From contig NC_042997.1 in the NCBI RefSeq assembly GCF_006345805.1, positions 38,626,001 to 38,690,000 of the forward strand: a stretch of DNA of 64,000 nt, read 5' to 3'. The translations under genes were made by a program, and so were the position numbers. Within the stretch, counting starts at the first letter, position 1. The number at the start of each line of letters is the position of its first letter. Below the pieces are notes generated by a model that did no database searches, was not told the DNA's origin, and saw only the letters and a list, made by a program, of their open reading frames with translations. This DNA is from Octopus sinensis. Taxonomy: Eukaryota. This document shows positions 13,511-26,131 of this stretch, piece after piece.

Positions 13511-13898
13511 TGGAGGCGCAATGGCCCAGTGGTTAGGGCAGTGGACTCGCGGTCATAGGATCGCTGTTTCGATTCCCAGACCAGGCGTTGTGAGTGTTTA
13601 TTGAGCGAAAACACCTAAAGCTCCACGAGGCTCCGGCAGGGTGGTGGTGATCCCTGCTGTACTCTTTCACCACAACTTTCTCTCACTCTTACTTCCTGTT
13701 TCTGTTGTACCTGTATTTCAAAGGGCCGGCCTTGTCACTCTCTGTGTCACGCTGAATATCCCGAGAACTACGTTAAGGGTACACGTGTCTGTGGAGTGCT
13801 CACCCACTTACACGTTAATTTCACGAGCAGGCTGTTCCGTAGATCGGATCAACCGGAACCCTCGTCGTCGTAACCGACGGAGTGCTTCCACCCCATCC
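13511..13898 (+). mobile_element. SINE family C (tRNA-Arg-like head, OR-type)
   Basis: GGAGGCGCAATGGCCCAGTGGTTAGGGC..GACTCGCGG..GTTTCGATTCC head; 12-bp TSD ATCTGTCTATCT (13498-13509, 13899-13910). Confidence 0.92.
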
Positions 13899-14235
13899 AT
13901 CTGTCTATCTATCGAGTGAGATACGGGATGCTGGGCGGATGTTACGGCGTTCACTATGGCGTTCGCAACGCCAACTAGCGGTGGGGTATCTGAAGCTGGC
14001 TCGCAACCCGAAATTTAGCTCGCAACTCAAAGCAAGAGATCGGCCGAGAGACGGCTCGTATCTCGATAAACTCGTTAATTGGGACACTCGTATTTCAAGG
14101 CACCACTCTATATTGGAAACATATATGTAATATTTTAAAGCCAGACACTAGCTAAGTAAAATTCTTATACTAAAAGTAAATGTGACTCCTAGATAATAAT
14201 ATATTACAATCATTTTGACAGCTGAAGCTCTCCTC

Positions 14236-14381
14236 TTATTGAAGCAATTCTATTTCAGCTAATTCCCAGCTGACCACTGTTCTAGCTAATTCCGTAAATG
14301 GAAATTGTATATTTTTGCTCAAGATGTATACAATGCATTGCAAATACTGCAGTAAGAGCATCATATTAATATGTAAGTGAA
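14236..14381 (-). CDS. Candidate terminal coding exon of unidentified host gene
   Basis: Acceptor TACATTATTTCAG; phase-1 start compatible with the 24738 donor; open 47 codons (HLHINMMLLLQYLQ..ELAEIELLQ) to TAA. Confidence 0.3.
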
Positions 14382-14733
14382 CTGAAATAATGTATGTTCA
14401 TAAAATTGTTTCAAGAACTCAAGTCGGCATATCAATAAGAAACAGAAGAAACGAGATTTGTATTTTCCTCTATGTTTAGAATTCAATCTAGTATGTATCT
14501 AAGGAAGATAGCACTGTGTCTTATGTTAACAACATTCACAAGAACGTGAGTCGAATGCTACTTTAATATGGAGGTATTTATATCATATCATGTGCGTGTG
14601 TATGTGTGTGCTTGTGTGTATGCGTATGTGCGTTTGTGTGTGTGTGTGTATTAGCGTACCTGTGCACCTGTGTGCTTCTGTGTGTGTGTGTGTTGGACCT
14701 AAATTGATCACATATCTGCACATCTATGCACAA

Positions 14734-15152
14734 ACTCTCTTTCACTCTTTACTCTTTCACTTGTTTCAGTCATTTGACTCCGGCCATGCTGGAGCACCGC
14801 CTTTAGTCGAGCAAATCGACCCCGGGACTTATTCTTTGTAAGCCCAGTACTTATTCTATCGGTCTCTTTTGCCGAACCGCTAAGTGACGGGGACGTAAAC
14901 TCACCAGCATCGGTTGTCAAGCAATGCTAGGGTGACAAACACAGACACACAAACACTTACACACATACATATATATATATTCATATATACGACAGGCTTC
15001 TTTCAGTTTCCGTCTACCAAATCCACTCACAAGGCATTGGTCAGCCCGAGGCTATAGCAGAAGACAGTTGCCCAAGATGCCACGCAGTGGGACCGAACCC
15101 GGTACCATGTGGTTGGTTAGCAAGCTACTTAACACACAGCCACTCCTGCGCC
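14734..15152 (-). mobile_element. SINE family A, full length
   Basis: Reverse copy from head to tail. Confidence 0.92.
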
Positions 15153-15637
15153 TGGGCAAAGTTTCTATTTTTTTGTGGGAGACCAATAGTTGCTGTTGTA
15201 TATAATCTACCCTCTCCAAGCTACTGATTTTATCCTAGGAAAATATCGCTGCCTCATATCCGACGCATCTTGACACGAGTTTCGTCGTCGCAAGCGTTGT
15301 AGACAGAATACAAAGAAACGGAAGAGCTGTTGCAAAGCATCTTATCCAACACATTGGCAATTCAACCAATATCACCGTCCTGAGCTGATACACTTTTATC
15401 GACCCCGAAAAAACTGAAAGGTAAAGTTAGACTCGATAGTATTTGAATTCAAAGTCGGAATACGGCCAACCATTCCGTCCAACACGTTACAGGAATGATT
15501 CCTAACCCGATCTCCAATAGCCTCTTGGACGTATTATGATCTTACAAAGCGACAGGTGTCAGGTGACAGGCGACAGAAAGTGTCTAAGAGGCTCTATACA
15601 TCTTTTTTTGGATGTATAGAGGAATTTTTATTTTATA

Positions 15638-16035
15638 CTAGCAGTATCGCCCGGCGTTGCTCGGGTTTGTAAGGGAAATAACTATATAAGCATTTTTAGA
15701 GATGTAAAGTATAATAGCCATCTCGATATGGCTAACCACAAATGGTGGGGGGGTGTTACTGTAGCTTTTTACGTTCTGAGATTTAATAATACATTTTTAG
15801 AGGGTTACTTCCCTTATATATACCAAAAATGCATTAAAAATGGAAAAAATTGATGGTATTTTTTTTTAAATCGTAGACTCATCGTAGACGCGCGCTAATA
15901 CCCAGAAGGGCTCGATATGAATCACGACTATAAGATACCCGTTTTTGGTTAAACTGCACCGCAAAATGTGGGAGTAGTTAGGAATCTAAATCGTAGGAGA
16001 CAGACAGCACACAACCTCACTTTTATATATAAAGA
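15638..16035 (-). mobile_element. Non-autonomous Helitron (about 400 bp)
   Basis: Minus strand: 5' TC start (A|TCTTTATATATAAAAG), 3' hairpin CCCGAGCAACGCCGGG then CTAG|T, no TSD, inserted between A and T. Confidence 0.88.
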
Positions 16036-16642
16036 TATTTTTTTATTTATTTAGTTTCAGTTCACAAGCTGTGGCCATGCTGGGGCACCGCCATAGTGAT
16101 CTTTGTTGCAATTATAATATTAAAAACCCACATGCAAAATCTTAATATAATTTTTTATTACTAAGTCCAAAATAAGGTGAGAAGCCAATTAGTTTATAAG
16201 ACTATGAAGGAGCAATTAAGAGGAAAGGAATGCATTTACTTTAAGCTTGAAAGAATTCAGGTCATAAGAATGGGGATAACAACGAAATGAGAGAAAGTTT
16301 CAAAGTCTGGCAGTTTGAGAAAAAATGCTACGAGAGTCGAACCACTTCCTTATTCGTGGAAGTATAACAGTATTTGAATGAAAATGCTGTGAGTTTCGAG
16401 TCAGGAGAGAGAGCACTAAAGTGATCTGGAACTAACGAAGAATATTCATCAGAGCGCTTCCTATAGTAATAACGATAGAAAACACTAAGACTCAGATTGT
16501 TACTTTTTAATTATTGAATAGATTTTTTAAATAATTTTTCGATAAAAAATTCGTTTACATATTCGTGTGATCTTTAAAATTAGTCAAATACTGATGTACG
16601 TATGTGTTTATTCTGTTTGCACAAGAAAGCTTATAATGCTAT

Positions 16643-17054
16643 ACTCTTTTACTCTTTTACTTGTTTCAGTCATTTGACTGTGGCCATGCTGGAGCACCGC
16701 CTTTAATCGAGCAACTCGACCCCAGGACTTATTCTTTTGTAAGCCCAGTACTTATTCTATCGGTCTCTTTTGCCGAACCGCTAAGTGACGGGGACGTAAA
16801 TACACTAGCATCGGTTGTCAAGCAATGCTAGGGGGACAAACACAGACACACAAACACACACATGCATATATATATATATATATATACATATATACGACGG
16901 GCTTCTTTCAGTTTCCGTCTACCAAATCCACTCACAAGGCTTTGGTCAACTCGAGGCTATAGCAGAAGACACTTGCCCAAGGTGCCACGCAGTGGGACTG
17001 AACCCGGAACCATGTGGTTGGTTAGCAAGCTACTTACCACACAGCCACTCCTAT
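16643..17054 (-). mobile_element. SINE family A, full length
   Basis: Reverse copy. Confidence 0.92.
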
Positions 17055-17431
17055 GTAAAATTTAAATGTTGTTACCTGTTCTAATTTCTTCTATTCATGC
17101 TCACTAATAATATAAACGGAAATAGAATTTCTTAAGATATATTTACTCTGTAATGATTTCCATAAAAAATTAACATGGAAGAAAAGAAAAAAGCAGTCCA
17201 CGCAAATATCTAAAAGAAGGCAGAGGTTAGGCGGGATAGCATATAAAAATATGTCGCAAAAATCTGTTTCATAAAAGGAAAAGAAATTATTTTTCTTTCT
17301 TGTTTGTAAAATACTATTTGATGAAAGAGAGCACTCAGCTACAGTAAGATAAAACAAATTACTTTAACGCCGCTTTAATTAATATTTCATACATTACTCA
17401 AGTAATAGACACGGATCATTGCATGTGGTAG

Positions 17432-17463
<32 letters not shown>

Positions 17464-17487
17464 TTGCGTATGCAAGTTTGTGTAAAT

Positions 17488-17529
<42 letters not shown>

Positions 17530-17531
<2 letters not shown>

Positions 17532-17890
17532 CTTGCTTCGATCAAAGGCTGCAGCCATGCTGGGGCACCACCTTGAAGAATTTTAGTTGCACCAATCGCC
17601 CTTAGTACTTGTTTTTTAAACCTGGATATCACTTTTGGCCGAACTGCTGTGTTTACTTCAACGTAAATAGGCCAGCACTTGTTGTCAAGCGGAGAAGGGG
17701 AACAAAAACACAGACACGAAGGCACATACACATAGACATATATATACGTATATATACCACATCCACTCCCAAGCCTTTAGGTCGATCCGGGGCTGTAGCA
17801 GAAGACACTTTCCCTAGGTTCTATACGATGGGATTTAACACATAAACATATAGTTGGGAAGCAAATTCCTTACCACACAGCCACGTTCAC
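17530..17890 (-). mobile_element. SINE family A-related, old diverged copy
   Basis: Degenerate matches to head (CTTACCACACAGCCA), body and GCAGCCATGCTGG tail. Confidence 0.7.
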
Positions 17891-18000
17891 GACGATATAT
17901 ATGTTATATACATATATATATAGGTTAGAGAGTTGGTGTGTGAAAGCACGTGGTTGGATGTATAAGAAATAAAAAAGAGTAAAAACACTACAGCAGGGTC

Positions 18001-18175
18001 GTGTTATAAGGTTAAAGGATATATTTAAGTCGTTATGTTAGAAAAATGTTAGAAAATTTTGAGCATAGTAACATAGTTTTGGGAGAAATACTCCTAAAAC
18101 TATGTTACTATACACAAAATTTTATAACATTTTTCTAACATAACGACTTAAATATATTCTTTAACCTTATAACAC
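18001..18175. repeat. Near-perfect inverted repeat (85-bp arms, 5-nt loop)
   Basis: 18001-18085 pairs with 18091-18175 around the loop AAATA. Confidence 0.9.
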
Positions 18176-18372
18176 AAGCCTTCTGTGTTTTTTTTTATTA
18201 TTTAATATATATATATATATATATATAATATATATATATATATGTATATATATATGTGGTGTGTGTGTGTGTATGTATATATGTATGTATGTATGTATTT
18301 ATATATATGTGTATATATATATATATTATATATATATATACGCATACATATACACATATATATACATATATA

Positions 18373-18433
<61 letters not shown>

Positions 18434-18800
18434 ACATTGTTATATTTCATAATGGTAATTTTTTCCACATAAAGACACGCACCATTTGGTAAAAGACAAA
18501 TAAATGCCATTCCAATATCTGATTCAACGCAGACGATTTCACAGCAGGAATCTTGCAAAGCAATTACATAAAAGTATATATATATATATACACACTGATA
18601 CGCATACATGCACACACACATATATTTGTATATAGTGTAAATAAATATGTGTGTGTGTGTGTGTGTGTACATGTATATACATATATTTTCTAATCTTTTT
18701 ACAGTTCGCTCGGAACAATAATTTCTAAATCCTTATCCAACGTTTACATACATATATGTATATATGTACGTATACATATATTTATACGTGTATGTGTATT

Positions 18801-18842
<42 letters not shown>

Positions 18843-19080
18843 TTGTGCGGGCGTGCATGTGTGTGCGTCTGTGTTTGTGTGTAGCAAACAGCTTTTCTTT
18901 TATGCATGTTTCATTACTGAAACGAATGTATACAAGTTTTACTCTTTTAAGCGATGAACATGTAATTGGAAACCCCCGTAAAACGTGAACGCAAGAGGCA
19001 TCACTCGACCATTAACTTAAACTAATAATATACTACAAATATACCAAAGACAAAAAAGAACCCTTACCAATAACGCATCA

Positions 19081-19251
19081 GGCGCAGGAGTGACTGTGTG
19101 GTAAGTAGCTTGCTTACCAACCACATGGTTCCGGGTTCAATCCCTCTGCGTGGCATCTTGGGCAAGTGTCTTCTGCTATAGCCCCGGGCCGACCAATGCG
19201 TTGTGAGTGGATTTGGTAGACGGAAACTGAAAGAAGCCAGTCGTATATATG

Positions 19252-19282
<31 letters not shown>

Positions 19283-19502
19283 ATGTGTGTCTGTGTTTGT
19301 TCCCCTAGCATTGCTTGACAACCGATGCTAGTGTGTTTACGTCCCCGTCACTTAGCGGTTCGGCAAAATGAGACCGATAGAATAAGTACTGGGCTTACAA
19401 AAAGAATAAGTCCCGGGGTCGAGTTGCTCGACTAAAGGCGGTGCTCCAGCATGGCCGCAGTCAAATGACTGAAACAAGTAAAAGAGTAAAAGAGTAAAGA
19501 GT
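19081..19502 (+). mobile_element. SINE family A, full length
   Basis: Head to (AAAGAGT)n tail. Confidence 0.92.
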
Positions 19503-20126
19503 ATGTTAGTCCATCGAACTTCTAGTGTGCAAAGTTATCTATAAATTTTACAGTAAAACAGGATGTTGCAAACTCCGGGACACTAACTGTTACAATGGGA
19601 CAAACAAATACAACATTTTCACAGAGGCCCGCCATTCACTTGCAACACGGAACATTATGCCACACGCCAAAAATCAAAATATTTAATAGAAAAATACAAG
19701 AGGGATATATTTAACGAAAATTCCAGACGAAAATAAATTAATTATAGAAACCGTACTCATATCGCATTATTTAATCCCGAAATTAACACGCAAACACGCA
19801 CATCAAAAGCATTAACCTGTGGCTACTGATATTGTTCTTAAATACTTACAATCAAAATTTGACAGCGATTTATGAAGCTAACGGTCAAAAAGTATTTTGC
19901 AGGAAAGTCTACACGAATTCAACCAGCATATAAGAAACAACACAGAGACCAAATATATTCAATTTAATCCTATAAATTGAAGCCGTGATCTCCTGAAAAC
20001 ATCATATCCGAATTTAGAAACTCTGTTGCTCCAAATGAGCTATAAAAAGCTTAAAAATGTGAAAAGACTAACATAGAAAAAGATAAAACTTAAACATAGT
20101 CGTGTATGTTATGAAACATATGCATA

Positions 20127-20530
20127 GGCATAGGAGTGGCTGTGTGGTAAGTAGCTTGCTTATCAACCACATGGTTCTGGGTTCAGTCCCACTGCGCGGC
20201 ATCTTGGGCAACTGTCTTCTGCTATAGCCCTGGGCCGACCAATGCCTTGTGAGTGGATTTAGTAGACGGAAACTGAAAGAAGCCCGTCGTATATATGTAT
20301 ATATATATGTATGTGTATATGTTTGTGTGTCTGTGTTTGTCCCCCTCGCATTGCTTGACAACCGATGCTGGTGTGTTTATGTCCCCGTAACTTAGCGGTT
20401 CGGCAAAAGAGACCGATAGAATAAGTACTGGGCTTACAAAGAATAAGTCCCGGGGTCGATCTGCTTGACTAAAGGCGGTGCTCCAGCATGGCCGCAGTCA
20501 AATGACTGAAACAAGTAAAAGAGAAAGAGA
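20127..20530 (+). mobile_element. SINE family A, full length
   Basis: Head to tail, followed by (TA)n. Confidence 0.9.
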
Positions 20531-20620
20531 GAGATATGTATATATACATGTGTGTTTTTGCGCGTGTGTGTGTATAAAGATCTATATATGCATGTGTGTA
20601 CATATATATGTATACATATG

Positions 20621-20692
<72 letters not shown>

Positions 20693-20728
20693 GCATACAC
20701 ACACGTGTGTGCGTATGTGTGTGTATTT

Positions 20729-21000
20729 GAAGGCGCAGGACTTAGTGGTTAGGGTGTTGCACTCACGATTGCGAGATCATGGTTTCGATTCCCAGACCGG
20801 ACGTTGCGAGTTCTTGAGTAAAGCGCTTCATTTCACCTTGCTCTGCGACCATTCCGTCATCTGACATGTGGCACACGGTCCACCTGTACAGGTAATGTCG
20901 ATTTGATGGAGGTAGTGAGCTTATATGAACACAAACATTTGATCACGATAAACAAATAATCTGTGTTGTTGTTCGGCAAGAGTCTAACGACGGTTGCGTC
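20729..21000 (+). mobile_element. SINE family D (tRNA head, CORE-like body), variant tail
   Basis: GAAGGCGCAGGACTTAGTGGTTAGGGTG..GGTTTCGATTCCC..TTCTTGAGTAAAGCGCTTCATTTCAC. Confidence 0.75.
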
Positions 21001-21053
21001 CTTGATATGTATATGTATATATGCACGTTTATGTATTTACATATATATATATA

Positions 21054-21444
21054 CTAGCAGTATCGCCCGGCGTTGCTCGGGTTTGTAAGGGAAATATCTA
21101 TAAAGCATTTTTAGAGAGTTATAGCCAAAAATAGCAAGAAAATGCATTAAAAATGGAAAAAAAATTATGGTAATTTTTTTTAAATCGTTGACTCATCGTA
21201 GACATTTTTAGAGAGTTACTTCCCTTATATTTAAAAAATATGCATTAAAATGGAAAAAAATGATGGTAAATTATTTTTAAAATCGTAGACTCATCGTAGA
21301 CGCGCGCTAATACCCAGAAGGGCTTGATATGAATCACGACTATAAGATACCCGGTTTTGGTTAAACTGCACCGCAAAATGTGGGAGTAGTTAGGAATCTA
21401 AATCGGAGTAGACAGACACACAACCTTTCTTTTATATATAAAGA
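21054..21444 (-). mobile_element. Non-autonomous Helitron
   Basis: Same TC / hairpin-CTAG termini as 15638-16035. Confidence 0.88.
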
Positions 21445-22490
21445 TATGTGTGCTTGTATGTGTGTGTAAACTCCTTACATTACTTTTTAATGAAGACATT
21501 TCCAAGTTCCTTCCCAACCCCAAAGGTAGGTTTATTACTCACTTCAAAAGCGAAATTAGTATAGCTAATAATCGCATTCCCGGCGCAGTTAACCTCAAAA
21601 TTACAAGTGCAGCGCAATTAGATCAGTTTAACTGCAGAACTATTGTCATCAAGTGGCTCCATGATATTGAAAATGAAAATGCCTCTAGACTCGCTATTAT
21701 GAAAATCATTACCTTTGAAAGCTCTGGATTTCAGAAAATCATCTACAGTAATTAATTATCGTGATATTTAGGATAGATATGAAAGCTGGGAAGCCATAGT
21801 AATTTCTATTAGTTCAAAAAGGAGGTTATCTCTCTGTTCAATCATTCCATTATAACTTATATGGCGATGAAGCATCGATCGTGTGGGTTCATTTGTATTT
21901 GATATTATTAGAAACTGAACCTCCCTCTCATGTCTCTAGTTCGGAGAGGGATGATAGCCGGGAAGCCCTATGCAACATAAAAATAGCAAAAGCATAGACA
22001 GTTTTATAAATAATTGATAAGAATATTTTTAAATTTTTGGTTTAGAAATAACTCTTAATACAATCCTAACGGTTGGTATTAAGCTTTCTAGAAATTACAT
22101 TAATTCTTATTAAGAAATAAGCCGTTTTTTAGACTAATTGAGGGTGGGGGCTATAATTAAAAACGGGGTAGACATGATAAAATAAAAGTCTTCAGCCGAT
22201 CCTCGGAAAAAAAGATTTCACAACGAATGACTTCTTGTATGATGAAGGCTAGTTCGAAGTTACTTTACACAGAGAGGATATCCTCTACCACCCCAAGTCA
22301 GAGGTTTTTATAAAGAGGTAAGATATCTGAGTTAAATGCCCCTTATAACGTCACCGCGATCGTTTCCAGGAATTCACCATCCCTTGTTCTATGCCACTTC
22401 TTATCAACACACAAATACCACAATAAATGAAATCTTCCACAGTTTAAGCTATACGTAGAACAAATACATATGCACGCACATGTGCAAACT

Positions 22491-22537
<47 letters not shown>

Positions 22538-22555
22538 TTATATATATATATATAT

Positions 22556-22769
22556 CGCCATGTTGAATCGCTAGCTTCTGCACGTATTTTTTTTCTCTCC
22601 ATGTTTCTCTCCGTGTTTCTTTTCTGTGTATCTCTCTGTTGAAGAGCGTAGGCTCGAAACGTAAAAGACTTGTTTTATTTATATTCCTGAGCGCCATACT
22701 AATACAATTCTTTGTTTGTATTCCACCTGCCTTCGTCTTTTGTTTATTTTCATAAAAGCTTACCGTTAT

Positions 22770-22770
<1 letters not shown>
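22556..22770 (+). mobile_element. Penelope-associated repeat (family E) with hammerhead motif at 22631-22668
   Basis: TCTCT-CTGTTGA-A-GAGC-GTAG-GCTC-GAAA-CG-TA-AAAGA; flanked by (TA)n. Confidence 0.65.
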
Positions 22771-22847
<77 letters not shown>

Positions 22848-24067
22848 CGCCAGTATGTACTTAATTTTGTATGAATGCATTTATTGTTTCGCTGAGATTT
22901 TAGTCAGTAATTTTGTTTCCTTTATGATTGACACTTTTCAATCGTACATTTCCATAGTGTATTCGTCTTAATCTATTATTGTTTCTTTTCTTATAATTTC
23001 TATTCCATTTTTGTTTCGTGTAGAATGTTTCAGATTATATTTCAAAAGTCGTGTTGTATTCATAAGAACGTTTGTGTTTTAACTACTGTATTTCTCGATT
23101 GTCTGGGAATTCTTTTTATTTCATGCTTGTAAGTAAATATTTTTTTTAATCTCTTACGATTCAGAAATAATCAATCTAACTTTTTATTACTAGGCTTTGT
23201 CATTTTCTTTTTCTTTTTTGTTCAGATTATTATTATGTGGTTCAATATTTTTTGACCAGAACTATTTACAGTTTGAATGAACCCTCTTCTTTCAAAGACA
23301 ACAGTTTTACATTAGTTTGTTTATTGATTTTATGTTAGCGTTGCTTTATCTCTTCGGAATAGCACTGTTATATTTATTAAGGCTGTGATTTCTAAAAATG
23401 CTCTTATCTAGAGGGAATTCCTGATTATCATTTTATATTTTACGTTTGAATATGTGTGGAATTGCAAGCTATTAATTACTGTCACATCACAAATGATTCC
23501 TGATTGCATTCTACACGAAGAATACGCATTTTCTTTTCTTTTCAAAAGATATTACACTGGAGTGGTTCTTCTAACATTCTACAAGATTATAGGACTTAAG
23601 TAACCATTTCCAACAAAGGAAACGTTCATAGTTATACAAGTACATTGTAATTATAGTACTTATAGTACTTATACATGCGCATGCATGTCTATGTCAGTTT
23701 ATAGCAGCATATATGTATGCATATGTATATGAGCACACAAGCACATATTATATATGCATAAATATATCATCGTGTCAAACTGTTCATCTCGACACGTTTT
23801 TTCTCTATTCGTTTTTTCCCCTCTCTCTCTCTCTCTCTCTCTCCATTGTTTTTCTCTCACCCTCTTCTGTCGAAGATCATGGGCTCAAAACATCAAAGAC
23901 TCCATTCTTCCCGAGCGTCACACTAATATAACTGCTTGTTGTTCTCTCATCCGTCTTTGTCTTTGTTTTCTGTGCATTTGAACTGTGTGTGTGTGTGTTC
24001 GTGTGTGTGTGTGTGTGCTTATGTACGTATATATGTATGCTTCTATTCGTGTATGTATGTATATATG

Positions 24068-24101
<34 letters not shown>

Positions 24102-24163
24102 TGCATGTATGTATGCATGTATGTATGTATGTATGTATGTATGTATGTATGTATGTATGTATG

Positions 24164-24372
24164 TATAACGAGAAGCTTTACGAAAATAAACAAAAGACGA
24201 AGGCAGGTGGAACACAAACAAACAATTGTATTAGTATGGCGCTCAAGAATATAAATAAGACAAATCTTTTACGTTTCGAGCCTACGCTCTTCAACAGAAA
24301 GATACACAGAAAAGAAACACGGAGAGAAACAAGGAGAGAAAAAAAATGCGTGCAGAAACTAGCGAATCAAGA
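24164..24372 (-). mobile_element. Penelope-associated repeat (family E), inverted relative to 22556-22770
   Basis: Reverse-complement match over about 210 bp. Confidence 0.7.
24264..24303 (-). ncRNA. Minimal type-I hammerhead ribozyme candidate, A6U core variant
   Basis: Minus strand: ATCTTT-CTGTTGA-A-GAGC-GTAG-GCTC-GAAA-CG-T-A-AAAGAT; 6-bp helix I, 4-bp helix II, palindromic ACGU helix III. Confidence 0.6.
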
Positions 24373-24737
24373 GCCAGCCGTCACTCGCAAATAAGTATGA
24401 CTTAGTAGTATGCACAGGCTTAAGTACCTACGCAGTGGCGAGCAGACATAGTCGCCGTCTAAACCCTCTTACTCTTTGATTCAGTTACACATCGAGAAGA
24501 GACAGTTGCACTAGTACACAGTTTATACTTATTTTCGGCTGAGAAGACTAGGGCAACGTGAAATAAAATACGGTAAGCACCACGAAAAATTTCTGCCTTT
24601 CTATATCTGCTTTGCTGTCGTTTTGTTGTCTCACTTTCAGGGATTATCCAACACCAACATTTTGCTGCCTTATGCAACATCTGTGATACATAAGTCAAGA
24701 TCGGTTCTCCGAGAATTAAAATAACAGACATACTTAC

Positions 24738-24888
24738 CAATAACATGGAGAGGAAGCGCGATCTTTGGTAGATATGTAGTAGACACACCATGTCTCACCA
24801 AGAAGTCTACGCTTTTGCAATCCAGGAACGGGATAGCTACTAAATATTTTGTCAATAATAAAGATATGGATGTCTCAAAGTTTCTACT
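24738..24888 (-). CDS. Candidate internal exon of unidentified host gene (SRNFETSISLLLTKYLVAIPFLDCKSVDFLVRHGVSTTYLPKIALPLHVI)
   Basis: 151 nt, acceptor TTTTCTGTCTCAG, consensus donor G|GTAAGT, single open frame (phase 0 to 1), non-repetitive sequence. Confidence 0.55.
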
Positions 24889-24985
24889 CTGAGACAGAAA
24901 ATGAATATCGATTGTGAGAATGTGTTAGCTATCACACACTTCATTATCAACTGTTCAAAAATGTCTGAAAATTACTAATTGTAAA

Positions 24986-25396
24986 GGCTCAGGAGTGGCT
25001 GTGTGGTAAGTAACTTGTTTACCAACCACATGGTTCCGGGTTCAGTCCCACTGCGTGGCACCTTGGGCAAGTGTCTTCTACCATAGCCTCGGGCCGACCA
25101 AAGCCTTGTGAGTGGACTTGGTGGACGGAAACTGAAAGAAGCCCGTCGTATATATGAATATATATATATGCGTACGTGTGTTTGTGTGTCTGTATTTGTC
25201 CCCCTAGCATTGCTTGACAACCGATGCTGGTGTGTTTATGTCCCCGTTACTTAGCGGTTCGGCAAAAGAGACCGATAGAATAAGTACTGGGCTTACAAAA
25301 AAGAATAAGTCCCGGGATCGAGTTGTTCGATTATAGGCGGTGCTCCAGCATGGCCGCGGTCAAATGACTGAAACAAGTAAAAAAGAGTAAAAGAGT
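24986..25396 (+). mobile_element. SINE family A, full length
   Basis: Head to tail; TAATTGTA on both flanks (probable TSD). Confidence 0.92.
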
Positions 25397-26100
25397 AATT
25401 GTACTAATTCACATCCTCTAAATGTAATCGATTACACGCTGCAACAATTATTTTGTTTTGGGTCAGTAAATTTTATTTGTTATTTGCTGTTATCTAGAAA
25501 CCAAAGGAAATGACTACTACTCCATTCAAACTGCTTTTGTGACTTGGACATCAATGTTTTGAAACTGATATATTTCCGATTGCATTTCAGAAAGATTCAG
25601 CAATGAGTTTCTGAAGCAGAAATGTTATCTTTATATATAAAAGTGAAGTCGTGTGGTGTCCCGGGGTCGAGTTGCTCAACTAAAGGCGGTGCTCCAGCAT
25701 GGCCGCAGTCAAATGACTGAAACATGTAAAAGAGTAAAAGAGTAAAAGAGTGTTAGTGATACATTGAAATTTTGTAAAACATTTCAGGGGTTCTTCATTT
25801 AAGGTTCTTCATTGAATGTATGCGCGAAATTGTATATAACTATGGCATACCCACATACATAAACAGCAATGAAAGATACACACTTGTGTACTGGAATGTC
25901 ATGGACACCCATTCCATTCGTGTTCGTTTAGCTGCATATGCTCCGACAGATATGCATACACTAATTCATTTTCATAAATCTCAGGTTCTCCCCTCACTCG
26001 AGGAAAAGGGGACTTGAAATTTGTGAAGAAGAAACTTCAATCTCAAAGAGAAAGTACTCAGGTATTCAGGCGCACATGCATATTTACATAGGTACATATA

Positions 26101-26131
<31 letters not shown>

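Larger units (their letters stand above)
9974..14108 (-). mobile_element. Tigger/pogo (Tc1-mariner superfamily) DNA transposon, decayed, with nested insertions
   Basis: 22-bp TIRs CAGTGATACCTTGACATACGAG / GAGTGGTGCCTTGAAATACGAG (18/22 identical), TA flanks, transposase fragments inside. Confidence 0.85.

Noticed and set aside
13511-13585. tRNA-Arg-like sequence (also 59668 and other SINE heads)
   Set aside because: SINE heads continuing into SINE bodies with TSDs; acceptor stem not intact, so not tRNA genes.
15518-15591. Short inverted repeat GCCTCTTGGAC / GTCTAAGAGGC with GACAGG repeats
   Set aside because: Too short and single-copy here to call a MITE.
21450-21755. 101-aa plus-strand ORF, or a minus-strand exon-like segment with a GTGAGT donor
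   Set aside because: The plus ORF begins in a microsatellite with no recognisable motif; all minus frames between acceptor and donor hit stops.
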